This document shows, piece after piece, positions 8,120 to 17,099 of a stretch of 64,000 nucleotides of DNA. The stretch lies in the IMG/VR virus record IMGVR_UViG_3300033986_000160; one strand, written 5' to 3'. This DNA is from an uncultured virus (IMG/VR IMGVR_UViG_3300033986_000160). Taxonomy: Duplodnaviria > Heunggongvirae > Uroviricota > Caudoviricetes. Position 1 is the first letter of the stretch. The number at the start of each line of letters is the position of its first letter. The translations under genes and the position numbers were made by a program. The notes under the pieces were generated by a model. It was not told where the DNA came from, did no database searches, and was given only the letters and a program-made list of their open reading frames with translations.

Positions 8120-8551
8120 ATGAGTGTGATATCATCTGTGTTTAAGATGAAAAAGTCTACGCTGATTGGTGCGGCTGTTGCTGTAGGTTCCGGTTATATT
8201 GATTACCGCTCAAGAGTCAATGAAGGAGAAAGCAGAGAATCGGCGGCAATAAAGGCTGTAGCATCCAATATCATGTGGGCGATTCCCGGAATGGGATGGG
8301 TTCAAGCAGGAATGATAATATCTGAATTGACTCCATCTCTTATTAAAGGAGCTGCGGCAGGAGGTCAACGTCAGGCAGCAAGACAGTCACGAGCCTATCG
8401 TGCAAATTTTGGAGGTTATTATACCGATACACAGAACGCCTATACGATGAGGCAAAGAGGGGTCCAGGCGATAGAGAACAACAGACTAAATACCAGATCC
8501 GTACTTGGGTCTGAAGCTCGAACATTGGCAAGATACGCAAATGGCCTTTGA
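8120..8551 (+). CDS. hypothetical protein with hydrophobic segments
   Basis: 143 aa; overlaps the terL start. Confidence 0.7.
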   Translation: MSVISSVFKMKKSTLIGAAVAVGSGYIDYRSRVNEGESRESAAIKAVASNIMWAIPGMGWVQAGMIISELTPSLIKGAAAGGQRQAARQSRAYRANFGGYYTDTQNAYTMRQRGVQAIENNRLNTRSVLGSEARTLARYANGL

Positions 8552-10433
8552 TGCTGTATTGATATCAGACCTGGATACCGCCGAGCTTCAGGCAATGCTT
8601 AAAGAACTGGAGACTATTGACCCCGAGATCACCAGGAACTTTAACGATATAAAGAAGGCAACGTCGTTTCCTGACAATGAAATACTTGAATACCTTGTAT
8701 TAAGGAGCCCGGTGCTTTTCGGTAAAGTATATCTTGGTTGGGATGCAAGGGATTATCAGGATGACATTCTTGAAGTCGGTAAGGACGCAAAGAAACTTGT
8801 ACTCCGTCTTGGCCGTCGTTTGGGTAAGACGGAGTGCATGTGTCTCCTGATTCTGTGGTATGGATATGTTCAGCCGAACAAAGGTCCTAATGACAACCAG
8901 TATAATATTCTTATCGTTACACCGTTCGAAGAACAGGTTGACCTGATATTTGACAGGTTACATCAGTTAATCGACTCATCTCCAATACTGTCAAAATGTA
9001 TCTCAAGGGATATCCACCACAGGATAGAATTCACTAACGGCACAATTATAAAAGGTTTGACAGCAGGTTCCAAAAACAATACAGGAGCTGCTTCTACTCG
9101 TGGTCAGAGGGCCGATTTAATCATCCTCGACGAGGTTGACTACATGGGTTCTTCCGAAATAACCAATATCATCAACATTAGAAACGAAGCTCCTGATAGA
9201 ATCAGAATCATTGCTGCCTCAACTCCTTCCGGCAAGCGTGAGGAGTATTACCAGTGGTGTACCGGTGCTTCATTAAGACTTGCACCGAAACAGAGCGATA
9301 TCGATAATTTCTGTTTTACCGGATACGAACAGACAAAGACACGAGGAAACGGCTGGATTGAAATTTACGCTCCGTCAACAGTTAACAAAGAACTCTTAAA
9401 GATCAACCCGGATACCGAACAGACATACCTGGAAGACTTAAAGGACGAACTTACCGAGATACGTTATGCACAGGAGGTTATGGCTGAGTTTGGTGATGAG
9501 GAATTTGGAGTATATCAGAAGAAGTATATTGACTGGGCTGTAAATGAAGGGTTGAGGACTGGTCATAAGTACACAACCGATATGACTGCGGAAGAACTGG
9601 ATATATTCCTGTCACAAAGAAGAACAGGTCCGAGAATACTTGGTGTTGACTGGGATAAACGTGGTGCGTCGACCAATATGGTATGTATTGAACTTGACGG
9701 AAAACATACAAACGAGAACGGTATTGTAACACCTACGTTCAAGATACTGTTCAGGGTAGAGATACCAAGGTCGGAATTTACCTATACCAATGCTGTCAAT
9801 AAGATCATAGAACTCAATGACATCTATGACTTTGACTGGATTGCAGTAGACCGTGGTTCCGGAGAGACCCAGGTTGAACTTCTTCATAAGTATGGCATGC
9901 AGCATCCTTTAACAGGTTTGCATGAGAAGGTTGTCGGAGTCAACTTCTCAGAGAAGATTGATGTTCGTGACCCGTACACATTAAAGAAAGACAAGAAGAA
10001 GATCAAGCCATTCATGGTTAACAACTCTGTCATCGTATTCGAGCGTAATGCGATTATGCTGAATCCTTATGACAAGAAGTTAATCAAACAGTTTGAGGAT
10101 TACAGGATCAAGAGTATTGGTGTTGATGGCACTCCGACATTTGTTGAAACCAATGAACATATTGTTGACGCAGTTAACCTGGCGTTGTTCATGTTTGAAC
10201 AGAAATACGGTGATCTACTCAAGAGGGTTACTCAGAACCGCTGTGCACTCCTTCCGAGACTTGACATCAAAGATGAAGTTAAACCGAGAACCGAGGAGTC
10301 AAAGAAGAACCATAACCTTATTACTGTTCTTGGAACGTCGTACAAGAATGGCTATATAAGTGATCGCATGTATAACAGTGCAAGGCGTGAAGTAAACAGG
10401 AGAATGGCAATGCCAATAAGGAGGACTTTCTAA
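8541..10433 (+). CDS. terL: terminase large subunit
   Basis: YQ motif; Walker A GRRLGKT; RGQRADLIILDEVDYM Walker B; ASTP coupling motif; nuclease LGVDWD, AVDRG and EHIVDA; likely start ATG 8541. Confidence 0.95.
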   Translation: MAFDAVLISDLDTAELQAMLKELETIDPEITRNFNDIKKATSFPDNEILEYLVLRSPVLFGKVYLGWDARDYQDDILEVGKDAKKLVLRLGRRLGKTECMCLLILWYGYVQPNKGPNDNQYNILIVTPFEEQVDLIFDRLHQLIDSSPILSKCISRDIHHRIEFTNGTIIKGLTAGSKNNTGAASTRGQRADLIILDEVDYMGSSEITNIINIRNEAPDRIRIIAASTPSGKREEYYQWCTGASLRLAPKQSDIDNFCFTGYEQTKTRGNGWIEIYAPSTVNKELLKINPDTEQTYLEDLKDELTEIRYAQEVMAEFGDEEFGVYQKKYIDWAVNEGLRTGHKYTTDMTAEELDIFLSQRRTGPRILGVDWDKRGASTNMVCIELDGKHTNENGIVTPTFKILFRVEIPRSEFTYTNAVNKIIELNDIYDFDWIAVDRGSGETQVELLHKYGMQHPLTGLHEKVVGVNFSEKIDVRDPYTLKKDKKKIKPFMVNNSVIVFERNAIMLNPYDKKLIKQFEDYRIKSIGVDGTPTFVETNEHIVDAVNLALFMFEQKYGDLLKRVTQNRCALLPRLDIKDEVKPRTEESKKNHNLITVLGTSYKNGYISDRMYNSARREVNRRMAMPIRRTF

Positions 10434-11464
10434 TGCATGATAAAAACTTACTGGAGTATAGGCCCAGTTTAAATCCAAAGAAGAATATCATGTCAACATT
10501 GGAGAAGGAGACACCGAACATTGCAAAGGCATTGTTCTCTCCTTCCCCCTCCCTGGAGCAGTTAAAAGACAATCTTCCATCTGTCGCCATAGGTAAACTC
10601 GACCAGGCCACACAGGCGGTCAGTGCCACGCTTGACAGAATAACAGCAGGAATTAAGGACATGACATCCAATGGGATTACATTTTCACAATATAAAGAAG
10701 CTGTTGACGCAAATGATCTTGAAACAGTCGATGCATTTGAAGATCCGATAGCGTCTGATATTAATGGCAACTTTATGGCTGAACTGTATTATCCGATAAA
10801 GAAGATTGCTGACGATTTAGCGGCATTCACAAGTTTTTTCAAACTAATGAATTACGGACAGGAGCTTGACATGAAAGATGCCGTTAAGATTGACCAGACA
10901 AATTACAATAAGCTATATGAGAAAGAAATGGCAGGAGATAATTCCAGCATCAATTATGGTTCATTGTATATCGACATTCAGATCAACCAGATTGTTCAGC
11001 TTCATGCACAAAACATCATGGACAGTATGAAGATAGTCAATGATTCTATTGATGCACATGAAAACTTCTCTCCTGAACTTACTTCAGATACGCCAAGTAT
11101 GGCGATAACTGCTACACTGGAAAAAGTCTTTGAGGAAGATGTTGACATAACTGCCAAAGACAAAGTAAAATTGAGACAGAACCTTAATAGTAACACTAAG
11201 GCAGATGTCGTGTCAAAGATATTCGACAAGCGAAGGGATTTTCTTACGACAATGGAATCGGTTCAAACCATAGCAGATATGGGAGATTCGGCTCTTAAAA
11301 CAAAGATGGTGAAATCCCTGAATTTATTGTATAATAGTGTTAGCGATACAATCCTTGACATGTATAAATCTATGCAGGTAGAGGCGATGTACATGCAGGA
11401 TTACATATCTACTGTAGGTGAGAAACAAAACACTCGCAATTCCTACAGGGCCTATAACAAATAG
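10433..11464 (+). CDS. hypothetical helical protein
   Basis: 343 aa; TAATG coupling to terL. Confidence 0.75.
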   Translation: MHDKNLLEYRPSLNPKKNIMSTLEKETPNIAKALFSPSPSLEQLKDNLPSVAIGKLDQATQAVSATLDRITAGIKDMTSNGITFSQYKEAVDANDLETVDAFEDPIASDINGNFMAELYYPIKKIADDLAAFTSFFKLMNYGQELDMKDAVKIDQTNYNKLYEKEMAGDNSSINYGSLYIDIQINQIVQLHAQNIMDSMKIVNDSIDAHENFSPELTSDTPSMAITATLEKVFEEDVDITAKDKVKLRQNLNSNTKADVVSKIFDKRRDFLTTMESVQTIADMGDSALKTKMVKSLNLLYNSVSDTILDMYKSMQVEAMYMQDYISTVGEKQNTRNSYRAYNK

Positions 11465-11498
11465 GCCGGACATATTTCATGTAAAGAGGTAAACGAAT

Positions 11499-12566
11499 AT
11501 GGCACTTATGCAAATCAGAGGCGAACAGATCAAGAACAATCAGATCAAAGACTCTCATATTCAGGGCAAATTGACTGAAGCTGTTCTTGACATCAACTTC
11601 CCGAGTCACGCTCCGGAGATCCTGGAGACAAAACTTATTGTTGACTACGTCCAGAAAGATGCCGTTACAGTTGCTGCTGGTGCAACTTCTGTAGACGTTT
11701 CACTTTCTGCTCCTTCTGCTGCTGATGCCAATAGTAAAGGTGTTGTCCTCAACACAAGTATCGTTAAAATCAGAGACGAAGCTACCGGAGAACCGGTAAA
11801 CGACGGAGTCTCTGAAGTTTACGGCAGATTTACTGCTGTAAACGGTACTGGACCTTACACCTATACATTGGAGTTCTTCAGCAAGTCATCCGGAACAGAA
11901 GCTGCATACACATTTGTTGACGGAGCAACAATTGACATCCTGTATCCTCAAAGATTCTCGTTGGCAGACATTCCTGAGAACTTCCTCGAAAACGAGAGGT
12001 TCGTTGACGGTGCTGCTGATGTAACGGCTCACTTGAACCTGAATCAGGTAGGTAGGGATTTGTTTGGTGACTCCTATGTGTATAACAATACCGGTGCAAG
12101 AACTGACTTCTTCGGCAACGGAAACTCTGTTGTACAGGAGTTGCAGAAACAGACATCCGGTACCGGAGACAACAGCGGAGTAAGAGCACCAAGCATCATT
12201 GACGAAGTTATCGCTTCAAGAGGAAACAAGGCTTCTCTTGACGAGAGACTTGATGTAGCCCTGAACGATGACGGTACGCTGAAACTCGGCAACAGAATCC
12301 ATGCTCACGTAATCAAAGAGACTTCGATCATAGCTGACGAAGCCACTTCTGTTGATTTTGTGTTCGGTGGTGTAGACGCTCTTGACACCCCTAAGCTCTC
12401 CGACATATACGTTATATACGTAAACGGTTTGAGACAGCTTGGAAAAGGTGCAAGCAAGCAGTACACTATTTCCGTAAACGGCAACACAATCACTGTTACA
12501 TTCGTTGATAAGGTTTACAAGGACGACTTGATCGAACTTGAAGCCATCATCCACGGTACTGAGTGA
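11499..12566 (+). CDS. virion structural / fibre-like protein
   Basis: N-terminal IRGEQIKNNQIKDSHI motif, EVIASRG..SLDERLD motif and C-terminal YVNG beta domain, all shared with the fibre cluster. Confidence 0.7.
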   Translation: MALMQIRGEQIKNNQIKDSHIQGKLTEAVLDINFPSHAPEILETKLIVDYVQKDAVTVAAGATSVDVSLSAPSAADANSKGVVLNTSIVKIRDEATGEPVNDGVSEVYGRFTAVNGTGPYTYTLEFFSKSSGTEAAYTFVDGATIDILYPQRFSLADIPENFLENERFVDGAADVTAHLNLNQVGRDLFGDSYVYNNTGARTDFFGNGNSVVQELQKQTSGTGDNSGVRAPSIIDEVIASRGNKASLDERLDVALNDDGTLKLGNRIHAHVIKETSIIADEATSVDFVFGGVDALDTPKLSDIYVIYVNGLRQLGKGASKQYTISVNGNTITVTFVDKVYKDDLIELEAIIHGTE

Positions 12567-12575
12567 TGACGCAAG

Positions 12576-12618
12576 TTACTCCCACGGGGGCCTGTCGGCC
12601 CCTTTGGGGGTAATTTTC
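12576..12618 (+). terminator. intrinsic terminator
   Basis: TTACTCCCA..GGGGCC-TGTC-GGCCCC..TGGGGGTAA followed by TTTT. Confidence 0.75.
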
Positions 12619-12666
12619 ATGTCTTAAATTATTATAACGGACAGAGTAATTTAAGGGGGTTACAAC

Positions 12667-12870
12667 ATGGCTGTTAAGAGAAGAAACCAAAAGAAAAAAG
12701 AACGTGAAGAATTGATGTCAAAAGCAGTTAAGATCAAGTGCTGCTATTGTCAGATATATTCTACTTGCACACGCAAGATCACGAAAGAGAAATCTGAAGC
12801 AATGGGTATTACTACATATTGCATCTTAACTCCCAACAGGCCAAAGAGCTTCAAAAAATCCAAGAAATAA
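12667..12870 (+). CDS. small basic Cys-containing protein
   Basis: 67 aa; AAGGGGG RBS; CCYC-x4-C...YC. Confidence 0.65.
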   Translation: MAVKRRNQKKKEREELMSKAVKIKCCYCQIYSTCTRKITKEKSEAMGITTYCILTPNRPKSFKKSKK

Positions 12871-12877
12871 GAGTTCC

Positions 12878-12907
12878 TTTACAATGCAAAAATCATTATG
12901 ATATAAT
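12878..12907 (+). promoter_or_regulatory. sigma-A-like promoter (extended -10) upstream of the endolysin
   Basis: TTTACA-N18-TATAAT with TGn before the -10. Confidence 0.5.
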
Positions 12908-12959
12908 TGTAACAGGGCAAACAAACAAAACGCCTCATCTTATATTAGGGGGAACTAAG

Positions 12960-14762
12960 ATGTTACCAATCCAACAGGCTATTATGCCTATCACTGGAAA
13001 CAGAACCGGCGAGAAGAAGACTCATCGTGCCGGCGTTGTTATCCATTATACTGCCAGTCCGGGCAGAGGTGCTGGTGCCTGGGGACATAAATCTTACGTT
13101 ACCCGTAAAGGTGTAAGAGTAAACGGCAAAATGTATGAAGTGGACGCTAAAGGTAACGCCAATACAAGCCGTCCTTTTACTTGGGGTGCTGCCCATTATT
13201 ATGTAGACGACAAGAATATTGTTCAATATATCCCATCTGATGAGTACGCTCCTCATGCTGGAGCCGATACGTATATGGCTGGTATCGAAGACAAAATTGG
13301 CGGATCGCCGAATTATTGTCTTGACGGTATCGAAATCTGTATCAATCCCGAATCCGATTTTCAAACTGCTGTTGACAATGCTGCACAATTAGCTGCATAC
13401 ATTCTAAAGAAAGACGGGCTTGGAATTGACAGGCTGTTTCGTCATTATGACATTACCGGGAAATTATGTCCTGCAATGATGATCAATCAATCGACATGGA
13501 ACAGTATGAAATCCGAACTTGACCGTATAGCCAAGACGGAAGTAACATGGCTTGAATACTATCCTTGGGCAAACTTTGTTGCCAAGGTTAAGGAATATAT
13601 GGGATCGAATAATGACATTGCCGTCAAACCATATAATGGCACAATGAAAGTTACAGCTTCCGCATTGAATCTAAGGGATTATCCTGTATCCGGAAAAGTC
13701 ATCGCAACAATGCCTAAAGAGGCCGTAGTAAAGGCGACAAGCGTTGTTGACGGATGGTATGTTGTAACGTATAACGGCGTCACTGGATACGCAAGCGGAA
13801 GTTACCTTGAAGCAGTTACTGCTTCAAAAGCTCAAGGTACTCCGATCATGGGCAAACAAGTTGCCACAGCGGACCAGTTATACTCATATGCCTTAATACA
13901 TAACAAAGAACCAAAAATATCTGTTCCACTGTATGAACTCTGTAAGATATTCCTTGAAGAAGGTGAAGCAGAAGGTGTACGTGGAGATATTGCATTTTGT
14001 CAGAGCTGTAAAGAAACGGCGTTCTTTGCCTTTACAGGTCTGGCAAGACCTGAGTGGAATAATTATTCCGGGCTTGGTGTTACAGGACAGATCGGGACTG
14101 ACGGAGTTCCTGTCGGAAATAAATTTCCTGACGCAAGAACTGGAGTAAGAGCACAGATCCAACATCTCAAGGCATATGCTTCTACAGAACCATTAAAACA
14201 GGCTTGCGTTGATTCAAGATTTAGTGATGTTAAAAGAGGTAGAGCACCAGTATGGGAATACCTCGGAAGGGACGAAAATCCTGACAACGCTTTCCGTGCG
14301 ACAGACGATAGACAAGGATGGGCTGTTCCGGGAGTCACTTATGGTCACGATATAGTCAAGATGTTTGCCGAAGTGTTGAAACAACCTGTAGAAATAGCAA
14401 GCCTGCATGAGAAAGAGGTAACGGTATACGTAAACGGAGAAAAAGTTGAATTCCCTGGAGTCAAACCAAAGGTTTCAGATGGGTCGACATACGCTCCGTT
14501 AAAAGAGATATTTGTACAGATGGGTTGGGCTGTTGTATGGGATTCTACGTCCAGCACAGCAAGATTCATAAATCCTGAAGGAACTATCATCGTATCTGTG
14601 AACTCTCACGGAGATGTATCAATCACCAGGATAGAGAAGAATCCGGCTATTGTGTACTTTGAAGAAGGGAGAACATGCGGACAGTTACGCCCGCTGTTTG
14701 AAGCTCTCGGTTTCTCTATCAAGTGGGATGGAGAGAAGAATGGAGCTTCTATAAATAAATAA
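12960..14762 (+). CDS. endolysin: Amidase_2 + SH3b + glucosaminidase + copper-amine-oxidase-N-like domain
   Basis: VVIHYTA, AHYYVD, GIEIC, RHYDITGKLCP (amidase); ALNLRDYP...GWY..GYASGSYL (SH3); AFCQSCKET..NNYSGLG..AQIQHLKAY (glucosaminidase); GRTCGQLRPLFEALGFSIKWD; start ATG 12960 after AGGGGG. Confidence 0.9.
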   Translation: MLPIQQAIMPITGNRTGEKKTHRAGVVIHYTASPGRGAGAWGHKSYVTRKGVRVNGKMYEVDAKGNANTSRPFTWGAAHYYVDDKNIVQYIPSDEYAPHAGADTYMAGIEDKIGGSPNYCLDGIEICINPESDFQTAVDNAAQLAAYILKKDGLGIDRLFRHYDITGKLCPAMMINQSTWNSMKSELDRIAKTEVTWLEYYPWANFVAKVKEYMGSNNDIAVKPYNGTMKVTASALNLRDYPVSGKVIATMPKEAVVKATSVVDGWYVVTYNGVTGYASGSYLEAVTASKAQGTPIMGKQVATADQLYSYALIHNKEPKISVPLYELCKIFLEEGEAEGVRGDIAFCQSCKETAFFAFTGLARPEWNNYSGLGVTGQIGTDGVPVGNKFPDARTGVRAQIQHLKAYASTEPLKQACVDSRFSDVKRGRAPVWEYLGRDENPDNAFRATDDRQGWAVPGVTYGHDIVKMFAEVLKQPVEIASLHEKEVTVYVNGEKVEFPGVKPKVSDGSTYAPLKEIFVQMGWAVVWDSTSSTARFINPEGTIIVSVNSHGDVSITRIEKNPAIVYFEEGRTCGQLRPLFEALGFSIKWDGEKNGASINK

Positions 14763-14777
14763 GGGGGTTCATTCTCA

Positions 14778-15185
14778 ATGGAAAACTTAAATGCTTTGGT
14801 TGACATGTTTACTGCACAATTATCGTTATTGCTTGTATTGGCAGGAACAGTCGAAAGGGTCACTGAGTATGTAAAGTTGGGTATCACATCTTACACCAAG
14901 AAAGAGATACCAGGTTACGTAAAACAGATACTTGTACTTGCAGTCAGTATTCTGTTTTGTCTGATAACCGAAACGCAGTTCAATGTTGGACTTAAAGTTC
15001 CACCGTATGTGAATGAAGTTATCGCCGGTATATTGATCTCTTTCGGTAGTGATACACTCCATTCTTTGCTGAACGTTATAAAATCCATTAAGGATACGAA
15101 CGAAGCAAAGACAGCCAACATAACATCCTCAACTACTATACTTGTAGATCCCAGTATTAACAATGACAACAATGCAGTAGGTTAA
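14778..15185 (+). CDS. holin-like membrane protein
   Basis: About three hydrophobic segments; AGILISFGSDTLHSLL; directly after the endolysin. Confidence 0.75.
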   Translation: MENLNALVDMFTAQLSLLLVLAGTVERVTEYVKLGITSYTKKEIPGYVKQILVLAVSILFCLITETQFNVGLKVPPYVNEVIAGILISFGSDTLHSLLNVIKSIKDTNEAKTANITSSTTILVDPSINNDNNAVG

Positions 15186-15197
15186 GAGAAGGAGTGA

Positions 15198-17099
15198 GTG
15201 AGGGTAATGGGAGTTAAAGTATGGGCTGCAAGAAAACTTTATAATATATTGGTACAAGACGCTCCCGCACCTTCCACTAAGACTGCTTCAAGTGGGTCCG
15301 GCAAGGCAAGGGACCTGGTAAAGGGGATTATTAAGAGGTTAGGGTTAAGAACCGGAGAAGCGTCGAATGATTTTGAACCTCCCGAAGATGATTTCTCCGG
15401 TATAACCGCCGGATATGCTGCGGATTCGTACATACGTCAAGGCGTGGATAAATACGTAGACCAGATGTTCAAAGAGGGCTACGAGATATTCGGAAAGAAC
15501 CAGGAAGCCGTCGATTATCTTAAATTAAGGCTGGCATTCATTGCTGAAGGAACCGGTATTCCTACCGGACAGCTTCTCCAGGATATTGCAGAAGACATCG
15601 TAAAATACTCGAATGCGATCATAGCAAAAGCAAGGATGACAGATCCTGCACAGCTTCCTCCTGGAATCAAGGTTCAAGGTCTTTACGGATTACAACCCGT
15701 AGTCGGATATTTCCCTTTGAATGTCACCACAATGTATGTCAAACGTGACAAAAACGGAACGGTCAAGGGATGGCAACAGCAATCCTCAAGTGGAAGTGGT
15801 ACTGTAAACTTTAAGACAACAGACATAATACATATTTGGTACAAGAGGCAAAAAGGAAATGCGTTCGGAACACCTTTCTTGCTGCCTGTTTTGGATGATG
15901 TAAGGGCATTGAGACAAGCGGAAGAAAATGTGTTAAGATTAATGTATAGAAGCATATATCCTTTTTATCATATTGCAGTCGGTACTGACGAAGAACCCGG
16001 CCGCCCAGAAGAAGTAAAAGAAGTACAAGAAACAGTAAACAACATGGATGTTGAAGGTGGTATCGCAACAACCAACCGTGTTACCATAAAACCGATTGCA
16101 AGCGACCAAGTAATCAATGCTGAACCATACCTAAAATACTTTGAAGAAAGGGTATTTTCAGGAATGGGAATACCTGCTATAATGTTTGGTAGAGGGAATA
16201 CCGCTAATAGGAACACCGGGGATAATATGACAACCGAGATGGGTGACAGGGTTAGGGCTATGCAGTCAACCATCGAGATGTTTGTTACAGAGTTTATGTT
16301 CAAAGAACTGTTAATGGAAGGCGGATACGACCCTGTAATGAATCCTGATGATAGAGTCGAATTGGTGTTCCATGAAAATGATGTTGATAGACAAATTAAA
16401 GCCGAGACTCATGCTATATATCAGTATGAGCATAACGCAATTACTGAAGACGAAATGCGTAGTTTGCTTGGACGTGATCCTATTACAGACAGGGCACGTA
16501 TGTATCTGCAACTTGTTGAGATACCTAAGGTTGAAGCTCAGGCTCAGGCTGATATAACTGTAGCTAAAGCTACAGGAAAGACAACAACCGGTACGTCAAG
16601 TAAATCTACTGAAGGAACGTCCGCAACTAAGGGGACAAAGGAAACCAACAATAAACAAAAACCTACTAACCAATATGGCACCAAAATGTCACCTAAGAAG
16701 CAGACGAACCAACAGTACGAGCGTCTGATAGCTGATAGATACCAGATTTTACGTTACGCTATTGACGACCTTCTTACCGCATACAATGCCTCGAAGGACC
16801 AAGCAAATATTGCTGGTGTCGCACAAGCTATCAAGAACACTTGTAAATATATTTACCAGATAAACGACGAAATATACGGTGAAAATGGTGAAATTTCAAA
16901 AATATATTACACCAGGTTGTTCAAACAATTACACGACGACATTATGGAATACATAGCGGCTACACACGATATCCAGGAAGCTAAACACTTAATCAGCACA
17001 ACCCTTGATATCTTTGAAGATAAACTTCATCTTATAGCAAGCAACACCAAACTTTTTGAAGGAAAGGAGGGCCAAGTTGATGAAGCACATACTGACTGA
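15198..17099 (+). CDS. portal protein
   Basis: DIIHI..GNAFGTPFLLPVLDD, GMGIPAIMFG and AITEDEMRSLLGRDPI; located before protease and capsid genes. Confidence 0.9.
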   Translation: MRVMGVKVWAARKLYNILVQDAPAPSTKTASSGSGKARDLVKGIIKRLGLRTGEASNDFEPPEDDFSGITAGYAADSYIRQGVDKYVDQMFKEGYEIFGKNQEAVDYLKLRLAFIAEGTGIPTGQLLQDIAEDIVKYSNAIIAKARMTDPAQLPPGIKVQGLYGLQPVVGYFPLNVTTMYVKRDKNGTVKGWQQQSSSGSGTVNFKTTDIIHIWYKRQKGNAFGTPFLLPVLDDVRALRQAEENVLRLMYRSIYPFYHIAVGTDEEPGRPEEVKEVQETVNNMDVEGGIATTNRVTIKPIASDQVINAEPYLKYFEERVFSGMGIPAIMFGRGNTANRNTGDNMTTEMGDRVRAMQSTIEMFVTEFMFKELLMEGGYDPVMNPDDRVELVFHENDVDRQIKAETHAIYQYEHNAITEDEMRSLLGRDPITDRARMYLQLVEIPKVEAQAQADITVAKATGKTTTGTSSKSTEGTSATKGTKETNNKQKPTNQYGTKMSPKKQTNQQYERLIADRYQILRYAIDDLLTAYNASKDQANIAGVAQAIKNTCKYIYQINDEIYGENGEISKIYYTRLFKQLHDDIMEYIAATHDIQEAKHLISTTLDIFEDKLHLIASNTKLFEGKEGQVDEAHTD

